A DNA stretch of 64,000 bases from Dimorphilus gyrociliatus. Lineage: Eukaryota; Animalia; Annelida. Position numbers and translations under genes: made by a program. The stretch lies in NCBI GenBank assembly GCA_904063045.1, contig CAJFCJ010000007.1, forward strand, positions 368,819 through 432,818, written 5' to 3'. The notes beneath the pieces are model-generated. The model was not told where the DNA came from. It did not search any database and saw only the letters and a program-made list of their open reading frames with translations. Below, one piece after another: positions 26,982 to 41,500 of this stretch. How positions within the stretch are numbered: the stretch's first letter is position 1; every line of letters starts with the position of its first letter.

Positions 26982-29900
26982 TTTTTTTAAAATGTTCAAT
27001 TAGTCACTCTTTTGACAAGCTTTATTAATTTCTTATTAACATTCGCTCTCTTGTTCTCTTCTCTAGGGTGAAATGGGTATGCCAGGACCTCATGGAGCTA
27101 AAGGTGGTCGAGGTAGAAGAGGCAGGAAAGGAGCATTGGTAAGAAACTAAACTTACGTTTTACTTACACTTTATTCTAGCTCTTTTCAAGTCTTTTAGTT
27201 TTATTCATAAGAACCATAAGATACTATTTTCTTACGATAACAACAGGGTCTGTCGATTCAAGGCCCTAAGGGTAATCCGGGCCCAATCGGTCCAACAGGC
27301 TTACCGGGTAAAAAGGGTTCTAGAGGAGATCCGGGTTACGTCGGCCCGAAGGTACCGTTTGTCTGCATCTTCCTTCCCATTTGTTTTTGTCGTGTGAATA
27401 TGATTTAGCCTGCCATGTCTTTAAAAGAAAGGGATTTATTCCGACAAAATACTCCCAATTCCATTTACAGATAAGCCAATTGAGTGTGGTTTTTCCTTTC
27501 CTATAGTTTTAGCGGATTTTGTACAGACTTCTTAGAGATAGATTCGTTTTATATTACAATCTATAAATTGCTTGGTATAGGGAGAAAGAGGTCTCCAGGG
27601 ACACCCAGGCAAAGACGGTAAAGATGGCGCAATTGGACCGATAGGACCCAAGGTATCAGTAATATCATCATATTCCTTAGAAAAGATAATTAGTCCATCC
27701 AATCTCCCTAACCCTCCTTCCTTCTATTTTTCTTTGCTAAATTCTTTTTCTTTCTATCTGCTAATAATTAAAGGGAATGCAAGGCGATAAAGGTGAAACA
27801 GGAACTCGTGGTTATTCTGGTAAAGATGGTAATTTAGGCCCACCCGGACTTCCGGGCCCACCAGTAAGTCATACCTGAAGTAGAAATTAAAACTCGTATT
27901 GCATTTACCTCGCACAAGATGTAGACGCTTGATATAGAGATACAAAATATCAAAAATAAATAAATAAACGCCTCTCTAGCTCGGCATTAATACTTAAGCA
28001 ATTTACAAACAGGGTGAACCTGGTATGTTGGAAGGCGCTAGTGGAGACGGGGTATGTTATCATTTAAGATATAAAAATACAACTCCGTCACTACTCCTTA
28101 TAAAAACTCTTGGTTTAAAATAGTTAAATTAAATTCTAATAGGTACCTGGAAATCCGGGTCCTCCAGGACCACCTGGCCCCATGGTAATCTTTCGAGAAA
28201 GACCCCGTTTGCCGAGATTTATTAGGATCATAACACTTTAGATAAAATTAAATGCGTTACTTGATATATTTAATACTAACAACTAACTCATCGAATTTGC
28301 AGGTATATCGAGCATGAGATGTTTAACAGGCTTGCCTTTGTGTACGTTTTTTAAAAGAATTGATATCTTTTTATCAATTTTTAATCTAATTTTCCCTTTA
28401 AGATCTTTCTTTAATGAACATCTAACTTCTTATTTATTAGGGTCCTCCGTGTAAAGACGGTTTACCAGGCAAAAAGGTATATTTGTTATCAAATAGGTTC
28501 TTTTAGAAATTATTTATCATATCTTGGGTGCAGGGTGAAAGAGGTCCTACCGGTTTGAAGGGAGTTCAAGTAAATTTTTCCATCATATTTTTCATCTTCC
28601 CCTTTCTAACTATTGTTGTTGTCTAATAAATAGGGTGAACCTGGTCCGAAGGGTGAGAGAGGATCAATGGGTCTACCGGTTTGTATTATTAATCAGTCAG
28701 GCATGGATCAAATGTTTTTTAAGGAGACGCCAAAATTTACGCACAATTATCCCTCTTTGCTGCACTTTTTACCGATCTTTTAGAGCGCACCGACCCTTTA
28801 TTGCACAAAATTATTAAAATAAACGCGGAAAGACTAAGAAAACACCAACAATCGGTCAGAAAAAGGCAATAATACAAACAGTAACGAACATATCAAAATG
28901 AAATAATAAGCAGCTTTATCGCCTTTTTAATAATAATTATATATGTATTTAAAAAAAATTGGCCTCCGACGATCGATCGTCTGATCAACGTAACGCGTTA
29001 TCCTTGTTCCCCTCTATCATATATAATTGGCAGGGAGCGCAAGGTCAAACTGGGCCTCGTGGATTGCCCGGACTAAACGGCCTTCGAGGTGACGAGGTAA
29101 GATGAACGTCATACGTTACGGTGTGGGTGGCGTATCGCAGAAGCTTGCATGATTCCCTATTTTTCTTTTTTCCTTTTTTCTTTATCATAGATTGAAACAT
29201 TTCGAGGGTTTTATTCTTGAAATCGTTGATTATATCTACATTTTTTCCATTTTTGTTTTTTCTCCCCGTTTATTTTCTTTTTTTTATGTTGTGTATTTTG
29301 ATGGCAATTAAATCATTTTAGAACGATTTGATGGTAAATAGTTATAGCTTTTCTGTTTTATAAACGATCTTCGTATCAGCTTTTTCAAACCAAAACAATT
29401 TTCTTCTCTCTTTTTCTTTTTTTATTACAAATTGCTCAAAGTTTTTGTTTGTAAGAAGATTTTAAGTAATCCTTACTTATTTAACTTAAACTAGGGACCT
29501 CCTGGACCTTCAGGACCTCATGGTTCGAAAGGAGATAAAGGAGACAATGGCAAAATGGGCACGATGGTTAGTATAACAATTAAAATATATACAATTTCTT
29601 TATCTAATTAAAAAATTGTTTCTTTTAAAATCACTTCAGGGAGTTCCCGGTCCTATGGTAAGATTATTCGAGAGAAATTTGTTAAAAAAGCTAATCCAAG
29701 AACAAAAATAATACAAAGGTTAATTAAAAATAAACACAACAGGGTATGCGGGGTGAGAAGGGAGACAAAGGAGATGTAGGCCAAAGAGGAAGACGAGGAA
29801 AACGAGGTCGTAAAGGTATACAAGGAGAGAATGTAAGTTTTAAATGTTTTTTTTCCCACTATTTCTATTTTTTTGTATCTATTCTTGCACGCTCTATATA

Positions 29901-31272
29901 TACATATAAGAAAACCTTTGTCAACAAACAACAACTATATATATACATGTCTAAATGTTTTGTAAAAGTTAAAAAAAGAGGCAAAAAACACAAAACAAGC
30001 TTTTTTATAACTTTATCACGCAATTAGTTTTATAATTAGATAAATACTATATGTAAAAGGTCACATTTTAACGCTTGAGTAATACAAATGCAGGGTGCAC
30101 CGGGCTTGGATGCTCCATGCCCCTTGGGTGAGAATGGATTACCAATACCGGATTGTTACCAGGTACACTATAAATGCAAAACATACATGGTATATAGTGC
30201 ATATACGATGTATTGAAGAAGGTTGCATTTATTAGCACTTTGAAGTTTTAGCATGAAAAGTAACAAGAATGTGCATGGTTTGAATTCTTTCAGAGAATCG
30301 TTTTTTTTTTAAGTTAGACTAGTTTTCCATCTCTTAGATGAAAGATGGAGAAGCAGCGAAATTGATGATAATTCATATTGTGCCTTAAAAAAAGAGAGAC
30401 TGCTCGCTTTGCCCGTATACAATCAACCCTTTGTTTTGAAAATTATAGTTTAAAATTAGAGAGAAGAAAGAGGTCTCTATATCTTTATTCTTATCTCTCT
30501 TCCATTTCCAATTCAAAGGGGAAGTGATTGTTTTGATAAAATTTACAAATTAATTAATTAAAAATATATAAAATAAACTACTACGTATTTTCCTAAGAAC
30601 GTTAAGTTTTTGGCAAAAGAAACAAAAACAACATCCACATTTGAGCCTATAAATTTATCCTCATTTCTTAACTTTGTTTGCCAAAAGAAAACGTTCATTT
30701 TAAAATTATAATTTCTTTAACAATCGAAGGAACCACTTAATACTTTGTGATAAATTCGTAGGCATTGCCGAACACTTTGAACAATCAATTAAACTATTTG
30801 CTCAATAAAAATATTGAACAAAAACAGAGAGACAGAGAGAAAACTTTCACTATTCTTTCATCAAATGTCGGCAATGCTGTACGAAAACTTTCACTTTTTA
30901 TTATATAAAAACAGTAAACAACTGTTACAAACAAGTTTTTTTTTCATAATCCTCTAATTTTTTTTATTAAAAAAAAAGAAACCAAAAAGGAAACAAAGCA
31001 ACCAATAAATTTTACTATTATTATTATTATTACATTGTATAAAACGAATTAAAGTGGCAAAGGGCAAACAGGAATGCACATAGTATTATCACTCGCTTTT
31101 TTTTTGCATGACTACTTTACAGGGTCGCCCAAAAGTAGAAGCTCCATGTCCAACTGGTCCAAACGGTTTACCTTTACCAGGTTGTGGACAAAATTTAAAA
31201 AATGAAGTAGAGAAATTGAGCGATTATGGTTTGAATAATGAATACGATGAAGATGACGAATGGGACTTTTAG
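17965..31272 (+). CDS. Membrane-associated collagen with interrupted triple helices (MACIT; COL13A1/COL23A1/COL25A1-like), about 30 small exons
   Basis: Exon 1 (17965-18213) has a cytosolic N-terminus, a type II TM helix and a coiled coil ([12 protein letters not shown]). Exon 2 (18420-18477) has furin site RQKR and CNCPAG. Many 18-260 nt Gly-X-Y exons follow, with non-collagenous interruptions (e.g. [15 protein letters not shown]). The MACIT NC4 signature [18 protein letters not shown] is at 30094-30162 and a second copy [16 protein letters not shown] is at 31123-31272 (TAG). Confidence 0.9.
26946..26978. repeat. (TG)n microsatellite in collagen intron
   Basis: About 16 perfect TG units. 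Confidence 0.95.
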
Positions 31273-32179
31273 AGGTCTTTTAGAGAGAGATAATATAACG
31301 TTTCAATCAATAAGTTTAAGTAGTAATAATTTATATTTATGTTGTGTATGTAAATAAATGTTTTATATAGAATGTATTTTGTATATACTTATTTAAATAT
31401 ATAAAAAGACGACCATGTCTTAACAATGTATATGTATATATTTATATTTAAAGCATGCAAGTATTCTTTATTTCTTTCTTAAAAATTGTAGATAGTTTAC
31501 TCATACATATTCGTTAATTCATTATCTAACTATTTCTTTTTTGTCTTCCCTTTTATTAAATGCAGGGCATAACAAGATAGTGAAACTGCGGATCAATATA
31601 CATTCAACATTGTACATTACTCCACTGCACAGGAATTTCAGTTAATAATTGTTACATTGACTTATATATGAAGCATATATAATTATCAAAGTATATATGT
31701 GTATGTATATATAGTTGGGCCTATTAGAAATGCTGTTACAGTCCTCACAGATAATAAAAAAAAGATGTTTCGTTTTTTATCACTTTATCTTCTTTCTTTT
31801 TCTCTATTTCTCTATTATTATTTTTAAAGAAAACAAATAAAATGTAAGATTTGTGTCGCTTATTGCCATTCTATTATTATATTTGTGTAAAGTAATATGC
31901 ATCTTCAAGACAAATGTGTTTCGTGTTTATAGTTCTAATAAAATATATGCATTTATATATACAAAATGCGTATATATATATATATACAGTATATAAAGAT
32001 AACTATGCATGGCTTAAGAGAAATAAAAAAATAGAGCATGTAATAAACTATAAAAGAAAGATTATGATATAAAAAAAGAGTAATGTAATGTCTTATTTAT
32101 AGTATTATAATAATAAAATTTTGATTTATTAATAGTAAAAACTATGAAATTTAATAAATATACAATACATATGTTCAGA

Positions 32180-32182
<3 letters not shown>

Positions 32183-32220
<38 letters not shown>
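32183..32220. repeat. (AC)n microsatellite
   Basis: About 19 perfect AC units. Confidence 0.95.
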
Positions 32221-32222
<2 letters not shown>

Positions 32223-33489
32223 AAATGGGATATAAATTATATCTACTATATATACTCTACTTGAAGTTATAAGCCTATTTATCAAGTAAAAATATTAACT
32301 GTTGAAAAATTTACGAAAGAGTTGATTGATAATTATTCATCGATAGTGTTGTGTGTCATCCACTTGTACATGTTGAGTAGGTTAAGGGTTGAGAAGCCTT
32401 TACTATTCCCTATTTCTATTTTATCGTTTCTTATCACTTTCAATTAGACGTTTGTAGAAATACAAGATGGCGCTATAGTAAATTTAAAATACCAGAGAGT
32501 GGAATACCTTTCAGCTATTGATAAATTCTTCATTCGCCATCTTAATATAAAATGGGCTGGAAAATGTTGAAAAATTGCCCTTAATCGAAAAAACTCTTGG
32601 TTTCAATATCGATAACAAATTTGAAATATTTCCATTATAAGAAAAACAAATCGATACGATAAAGACAAATAGCATGATGAAAATTTAGAAGAAGATGAAA
32701 TAAAGAAGACTATTTCGATTGTCAAATTTCTCAAATAGATTCTTTCAGAGTTTAAGAACAACCTAACCTAGATTTTCTTTCACAAAAAATCATTTTGCCT
32801 TTGAACAATAGTAAGAAAACAAAGCAAAACGATATAAATATTTATTATTTCGAGAATTAACAACATAAAGTTTATTATTACTATATTATTCTAATCTGTC
32901 TAAGAGACTTTAACGTATAACACACTGTTTAATAGTGCTATTTATTGGAATAGAAAGTTTATCAATTACAACGTAAGAGTTATGTTATGTACCGATAATC
33001 TAGCTCAAATTGCGCTGCGTTTATATACAAATATATATAAATAGAGAAGGAACGGCAAAGAAAAATAGTAATTGGAACATCTTTTATCACAGTTATCAGC
33101 CTGTACTCTTTATAGTAAACTTTATCATACACAGTAAATAGGAAAAGTCCAATTTCTCTTCTTTTTATAGGAATTAGGTCTTTAAAATTTATCTATTCTT
33201 AAACGGTGCTACTATGCCTTAGATAAACAAGATATCAATTTTTATTGTAAATTGCTTTGAACTCTTCCGACACCTTTCTCACTAATCTAAACATTAAACA
33301 ATCAGATAAGAAACAAAAGGAGAGAATCTTTTCAAAAAGAGCCTATAAAACGTATCAAATTCAATATAAAGTATCAAAAATATTTAATAATTAAATATTA
33401 ACTTTATCTCTATCAATTTAGAGAATAAAAAGAAAAGATAAAAAGGTTAAAGTTTAATCTTAGTAATAGCAGTAGAAAGTATGTAAAAG

Positions 33490-33528
<39 letters not shown>

Positions 33529-35020
33529 GAGGAAGGAAGGAGAGGCTTTTATTTATCTAGCTATCTATCTATTCTAACACCAGAAAAAACGTAAAAGGAG
33601 AGATTATCACATATATTTAAATTACCATAATTATATAATATTACATAATATATAAAGTTTTAACCGCTTTCAAAAACAATTCCAGCCAAAAGATTTTTTT
33701 TATTAGTAGCGAAAGCTTTTTAAACTATCTACTTGTATATAGAAACCTGTCTATAAACATGTTGTGTAAAACGTAAACAGTCATTACATTATACAATTCT
33801 CTTCTATACTATCATATATATCTTCTTATTTCAATTCTTTCTCTTTAATACAAACCACTAAAATGCTTTTCTTTTTTAAATAGAACTGTTTTAAAAACAC
33901 TTATAATACTACAGTCATTCCCTAGTAGTATAGGTCAAATTCCAGGCTTTTTTTTATTCGTAATCCTTTTTTCCGCCCTCTCCCTCTCTACCTCTCTCTC
34001 TCTCTCTCTCTTGGCGTATGTGCATTCGCCCTCTTTATAGAAACAGGTGTAACGAAACGATAATAAAAATAAGTAGTTTCGAATCATCGTACCGTTAGTA
34101 AAAAGGTAATTGAAGCAACCCTACAACTTTTTTTTATGTATTCCGTTGTAATTGAATTCCAAGGAAATGAGAAAAGAGGGAATGGGAAGAGCAAATTAAA
34201 AAGAGAGAGAGAGTATGACCCCCTTCTCCTTTTTCGTTGTTTTATTAACGGAAAAAGTATATGAATATTCATCAAAGGTCAAAAGAGGGCCGAAATTTTA
34301 TAAGATTTGGCACGTTTTTTCGTTTAATAAGTACTTTTACTTTTAGAAACGTTTACCAAACTTTGTTGAAGTAGGCGGCTTACTTTGCACTAAAGTATTG
34401 TAGAGATTAATGTAGTAGTACAAGGATAAAAGAGAGAGAGACAGACAGAGAGAGAGAGAGAGAGCGAGAGAGAAAGAAAGCTAGTGAAAAGAGTGATTGG
34501 ATAGAACAAGGGAAAAGAGACTAGGAAAGAGAGTTAAACTGGCAATATGTTTTTCATCTTTATTCTAGACTATTTGTTTTTGTTTGTAGCTAGAGGCAAC
34601 GAACCGCAGAAAAGGTATTATGCTAGATTCGTTTACAAACAATATAAAAAAAGGTAGGCGATACACTACAAAAAAATCCTTAGCATAAAGGAAAAAAAAC
34701 GCAGTCTTAAGGTCAAGAGATCGTTCTCTCAATCAGACTTGCCACAGATGTACGAAAGACAATGACATAACGATAGATTCTATCGATAATATTAAATGTC
34801 CACTTGATCTGTGGGAATACTTATTGTTATATAACAATAGAAAGAAAAAGAAAAAGGTCGGGCCATCATATAGAATATATAAAGTATATACTGTATATAT
34901 ATGTATATATTATTATATCTATACATAGATACATTGTACATATATATGTATATTAAATGTTCATGACAAGACACAAGTGCATAATGTGTTACTAAATATA
35001 AACTTACATACATATATATA

Positions 35021-35059
<39 letters not shown>

Positions 35060-35210
35060 TCAATTATGCATATACACTGTATACAGATAGATGGATAGAT
35101 AGACAGATAGATAATTAGATATATACAGTTAAGTTATATGTATAAGACTTTTGTTTAAAAGAGATGATTAGATTACTGTGAAAAGAAAAATGAAATAAAG
35201 TTTTCAGTTA

Positions 35211-36875
35211 TTAATGAACGAAATAAAGTGCATGAGAATAACTTTGCATATTACAAGTGCAGTTTAATCTATGTTGAAATCTCGTCCAGTATCCCTGACA
35301 TTTCGCATCATTCACCATTCGCCAATATGACATGCTATTCTGCTTTCCCAACCCTCTACATCTTTGTTTAGGATTTTTCTGTGTCTTTTCGTCACATTCA
35401 ACGCACGCATAGTCTCCAATCCGAATCTTATAAGACTGCTTGCAGGTTTCCGTTACGTAGGCGACCTTGAAGAATACGCAGAAACTGTATGGAAACAACA
35501 AGAACGGTCTAGACGGTTTCGGCATATGGTACGCAGTTTCTTTTTTCTTTTTACCCCCCCTCAGACCCCATACTCCCCTCGGGGGTTGTAGGAGCCCCTC
35601 TCTTTCTTTTTTCTCTAATGATTATGACCCTTAATTACCTGACATATTTCTTTAATTTATAACCATAAACTTTGGGATCGGTGTAATAATAATTCTTCAA
35701 GTAGTCGAAAGTCGCTCCATGTACTTTATCTCTTTTTAGATTTACGCTAGCGATTTCTGTAAAATTTTTACTTAGATTAGAGTCTGCTTTTATCCTTCAA
35801 TAAATATTCCTTGCACTAAATCTTCCCCCTTTTTTTATTATTTTTTTATATATCTACTCCCCTTGATGGAGTTTTGCTTACCATTTAATGTTTCTGGTAC
35901 GGAAGAACGAGAACGCCCAATTAACCTATCTGGACATGGTCCTCGACACAACCGCCTTTCAATTGTTTTACCACACTTTCTTCCTCCAAATTCATCTTTT
36001 CGAATGATACTCCTTTTTCTAACTTTCTCTCCAGTTGCACAGTTTCTTGAGCAAGGAGACCATTTCGACCATCCGCTTAGTTTGCAGTCGATTGCTGTTC
36101 GGGGAGAATATAACATCTGTTTAGCCCAGATCAGAACCGAAATATAACCTGCATAGGCTTGGTTTCGCTATTTATTTGTTAAAGGTAGGGTGCGACAAAG
36201 ATAAGGGGAAAAGTTTCGATGAAACAATGATAAGCTTAGCTGGCTTTACTTTTTTTTCCTCAGTATTTTATATATACAAACGCTTATATTTCTTTTTCTG
36301 GCCGTTGCCCTCACTAACAAGGTGAACTTTTCATATAAAAAAAAAGAAAAAACTAATTTTCATCCCGAATTCTCATCTCTTTTCAACTTGAGTTAAAAGT
36401 AAACAATGACCCGACCTTTTCCTTTAGGTCGTAAATTTTACAACGTGTTACGTCACTTGAAAAATACCTATGCATTATCGCTTCAAACAGTATGTTATAT
36501 ATTCGTATATGTTTGATATTGATATTTTATAAAGAGTTATATATAAAAAGAAATAGATATTTATGCATTCCAATTTTTTTTAACTTTTTTTTTTCTTTTT
36601 CTCTCTTCTCTATTTGTCTACTTTGACTACTTACGTCTGCATTCTGCCTCAAAATCTTCACAGCAGTCCTTTAATCTTACGCATTTACTATCACAATAGC
36701 ACAAGTTATTTGACTTTTGTCCAGGACCATTCGCTGAACAGATCTTGTTCGAATACTCTTCACCACAACATCCTCTTTCCCTGCAATTTCGTGCCCAATA
36801 ATTTAGATAAGCTCTTGCGGTCGTTAATGATAAGGCGAGTAGTAAAGAGCAATATAAGTTCAAAATCATCATCAT
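35211..36875 (-). CDS. SBSPON: Somatomedin-B and thrombospondin type-1 domain-containing protein (RPE-spondin); four exons
   Basis: Signal peptide, SMB domain (CRERGCC...CYCDSKCVRLKDCCEDFEAEC), TSP1 repeat (DCKLSGWSKWSPCSRNCATGEKVRKRSI...GGRKC), and the SBSPON C-terminal domain (FCVFFKV...YACVEC...RCRGLG...YWRMVNDAKCQGYW...CTC...ALYFVH*). Confidence 0.85.
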
Positions 36876-38511
36876 TGCTCGTCGCCAGCCGCAGACCTTG
36901 TGAACCCGATCTGATTTCCCGCTTACTATGCATTTATGCTAATTAATCGCACTCGGTGGCGCCATCTACCCCATATAGATAGCGATCGGTCCATCTCCGA
37001 TAGCCCTATACTGTTTTGCAGTCTTATTTCTTAAAGCCCTGAGCGTTTTATGCCAGAGACTTCATCTGCGGTTATTGCAGGCCTAAACGGATTTCCCCTA
37101 CCCTTAATTCATTCAATATGGTGGCCTTATTGCTGTTGACAAACAACCAATAGCAAGGGCTGTGCATGACTCACTCAGGGATATTGCGGTACAGGCGCCA
37201 TCGCGTCGCCTTCGATTTGCTACTGTCGTCGCGAATCATCCACATTAATAACATTGCCTCGCGCAATGTGGTTCGTTCCGAAGGTAAGAATATCATTTTT
37301 AATTTATCATTGTCTATTTTACTATATACGTAGTAAAATCCATCTAATGATGAAAAATATCCCTCTCTTTTCAAAAATCTGACGTGAAAATGTGATAAAA
37401 TAGAGGTAAATACTGAAAATAGAGAGATAGCGAAGGGGAAATCAGCGAAAGACAGAGAGAGTGAGTGACAAAGATAAACACAGAATGAGTAAGAGGGACA
37501 TAGAGAATAGGTTAATGGATAATTTTTCAACGATCAACGATAAATGCCTTAGCACGTACAGCCATTATATACGCGTGTGCAAGAGAAAGAGTCGCAGAGA
37601 GAAAGAGTTAGAAAAAAATACTGCATCGCCGAAATCAATGCCGTGTACGCTCGTTTCGAGTTATACTTTCAACAATTGTCTGTAGCTATGGTAACAGACG
37701 AAATTCTTAACGTTTCGTACATAAAATGGGAGATGAGGAGGGGGTGGATAAGAGAACGTTTGTATTAAAGTACAAACCTTGTATATACCTATACATGTAG
37801 TTGTATAGTGAAATGCATAGAATGTCCAATAAATAAATAAATACTTCAACTATACATATCATAAATAAATTACATAGTTTGTATGTTTTAAACAATTGAT
37901 ATATAATTTAAAATCTTGTAAATGGCTTTTAAGAGTAAATTTCATAGGATTTTGTTTATTATTATGCTATTTAAAAAGAGGAGAAGAGAAAGAGATATAT
38001 ATATAGAGAGAGAGAAACAAATTACCATCGAAAATTTATTTTACGTCTTTAAAGAATCATATTCAATAAAAAATTAATAAAAAGAGAAAATAGACTAAAA
38101 AAGAGAAACAAATCTCGCTGAGTCATATAATTAAATGGAAAGTTCGTGCCAACGCATTTTCATCTTCGGCCATCTGTGCACGCATTACTCTACATACGGA
38201 AATTTCCTTATTCTCTGTCCCCCTATTTTACTCTGCCCTAACCATCCAATCTTACGCCCCTTTCTCTGTCTTATTTTTCTGCCTTACGGTTAATTGCTGC
38301 TTTTGTTTAATTGGAATTGATTAATGATGGAAAGACAGATAGAGAGAAGAAAGAGTAAAGGGAGGAAAGAATAAATGAGTAGAGAGTGGAGGGCAAAAAT
38401 CGTTTTATATTCTGAATAAATTGGTTTACACACTTAATACTTTTATTATGATATTACACATAACTTTTTTTATTGAATTAGGTAGAAGAAGGATGAGGAA
38501 ACTTACTAAAG

Positions 38512-41500
38512 ATGAAAATTATTCGGTTTCTTTATACGTTTTTTCTTCCTTTTTTATGTTCGGGACGAACAAGGCATCGCCATCACCTCCCTAAACATCA
38601 CCATTCTTTCGATTGCACAAGAAGATTTCAATGCTCACTCATTCCCATCAATCTTGTTGCAGTAAAGAAAGCCTTTTTAGAATATGTCGCCAATTCAAAT
38701 GTTGTTTTGGTTAAATTTAAATTAACTATAGGAGGATATAATGAATCAGTTTTAGAAGAACAACCATATATGAAAAATCACCCTTTTGCCTCTGAATGGA
38801 TTTGGGCCAGAGAAGGAAATGGAGGTCGTATATTATCTTTACCCAACGATGCCGACGTGCTTAGTTTCTATTCGCTCGAGGCGAGTGGACCCATTAACAT
38901 TCGATTTTCAACATGGCCAAGTTTATGTCTTTATCTTTTAACACCTAATTGCCGTATTCATGCTATTCGGCAAGTTCTATTAGCGAATATCACTTCCGGA
39001 ACTCCTGACGGAAAGCATTTAGTGTGTCATAGACAAGTGAAGCATTCGAATGGTCGTAGCTATTTAGTTTGGAGTTGTTGTGATTCAGAATTATGGAAGA
39101 AGAAAGAATATTCTTGTACTCCTTCCGAAACTACGATCTATGTAATTAAGATTCTAGAGATAATTATTCAAATAGTATCAACAATAATAACATTATTCTC
39201 TCCCCTCTTTCTTCTAAAAATGAAAATGTGGCTAACTTTTGATAATATAACCAAATTCTTTAAAGCATCTCTTAAACACGGAATAACCGGTCAAAGGAAT
39301 TATGTGATTCGAATTTCATCTAGGCAACTAGTAAACCTATCCGATAAGAAGCCGTTTAGCCTACCAAGAATCTTAATACGTTTATTGTTGCATTGTTATG
39401 GGGAAGGGAGATGTTGTATACATTGGTGGGCTAATTGGAAGCATCAACCATCCGCCTGTAAATCAAATTCGATATCTAGAAAGATTTGGGAATTCTCATG
39501 GAGGATTTTTGCTCTAGTCTGTATATATCCGGTATTCTTCTATGCCATATATATCATATATACTCCGAAATTACAATATTACACGAAACTCAATGACATT
39601 GTCTCAGATTTAAGAGTCAACTACGCCGTTCTTCCCTTCCTGCCAAACTATCATACAACTGCTGCCGTTTGGTTATCCTTCAGCGAACTAGCTTTTATAT
39701 TCACTCTTGTACTTTTAGCTTGGCCTCGTTATCCTCTTGAGAGGAGTTTAATTAGTACCAAACAAAAATGCAAGAGGTCAGTCGATCATATTTTGTACGA
39801 AAATATGTCGAAAGGCTACAAAGCCATCTTACAAAAGCTAACTTACGGCGACAATAGAAACCAGCGCCATCTACTGTCTATAAAGTGTTTCCCTATCGGA
39901 TGTAGGAGGATTGGTACTCTTCTCAGAAACTGCCTTGTTCAACTACCTGTTTTAAATGTTTGTTTTTCTATTGCATCAAACCAGACTACATATTTCCTTG
40001 GTTCGCCGAAAAAGACTAGGAAACAGGCTTGCGCCTGGCCCGGTTGGTTTCTCATTATTAAGGGCATGGCCGCTGGCATCCTCTGGTTTATGCACATTAT
40101 CTTATTAGCTGGTTATTGTACAGCCGTATGGCTGATCTGTCAGCTAACGTTAACTATAATGTTATATACATGTATTGGAGGTATTCTTCACTCATCAACT
40201 GTTCTCCCCTGGATTGTAGCTATTATAGTAGCCATATTCTATCTAAACGATAGTCTTTCTAAAGTAAATCAGGATCATCAGTTAATTTTAAGGTTAATTG
40301 ATGAAAATTCGCCAAGAATATCAGCGGCTGAAGATTCCGAACAGGATTTTACAAAACGTGAAGACGATAATGGAGGGTTATTAAGAACGCATAATTTAGG
40401 AGCTGTTAAGTTTATCGATGGCGAGAGAGGGGAATACGTTTCAAAAGAATTATATTATAACGTTTGCGAAGAGCTTAAGTATGGTTGGAAAAGGTCCAGC
40501 AAAGCAATAGCTGTCAGAATGAGCATATTACTACTGTTTATTGTCTTCGTATTTGGCACGTGTTCAGTACTCGGCTCCCTATTCGATGCGGGGGTTATTC
40601 TTAGTGTTGTAGCAACAATAGCATCTTTAGTGCCGAAATTATGCGAATGCTGGAAAGAAAGGGGTAAAGAAAAAGAGAAAAAACTATCATGGTCCAAAAT
40701 GATGCCTGTTATACTCGACAAGTATATCAGAGTAGATCGTACAGCTTGTGCGGACGAAGATGAAACGGAGCTAAGTACGTACGACGTCCGCCCTGTTGGC
40801 CTATTGGAAATGGATGTGCCAAAAGTAGTGGAAATGGTAGGAAACCCATTCTATAATTAAAATATTTCATTTATTATCATTATGACCCCATGCCTTCATT
40901 TCAATTTACAGCGTTCTTTACGATTATGGAAATTTCCATGGTTGGTTTCAGCCGATCAACAAACTCAGTCAAACGAAGCTTTTGTTCTAGCTCTCTCTAA
41001 TAAATTGGCAGCGGCAACGTTCCTTTGTAAATTCTTTTCTAGAGCTCAATTATTGGAAATCGATTTGGACGATATTCAAGTTATAAGACAATGGTGTTTA
41101 CTTATAGAAAATTGTATTTTAGAGGCGGCTAGCAAAGTGTCATCCGTCGATGGTTTACCTATCGATTCTATCCGACTTTTTCCGGTTCAAATGCAGCAAT
41201 TAGTGAGTGAATTTCCAGCCGGAAATACGGTAGACGCTTTAGTCGATTCTTTGAATAGGCAACTTTATGATCCAGTTACGAGAGCGTTTCTTTTAACAAT
41301 TGGTAATACAACTTTCGCTCTAAGTAAATTGGATAATACACTTTTTGCGTTCAATTCGAATTGTCACGGAGAACAAGTAACCGACCTTTTCGGCGCAGTC
41401 CTCCTCACAACGGAATTTAATACGCAAAATTTACAACTAGCCGTCAAATATTTAATAGACCCTTATTCTCCTGACGCAGTACCGGTCTATTCTATTGTTC

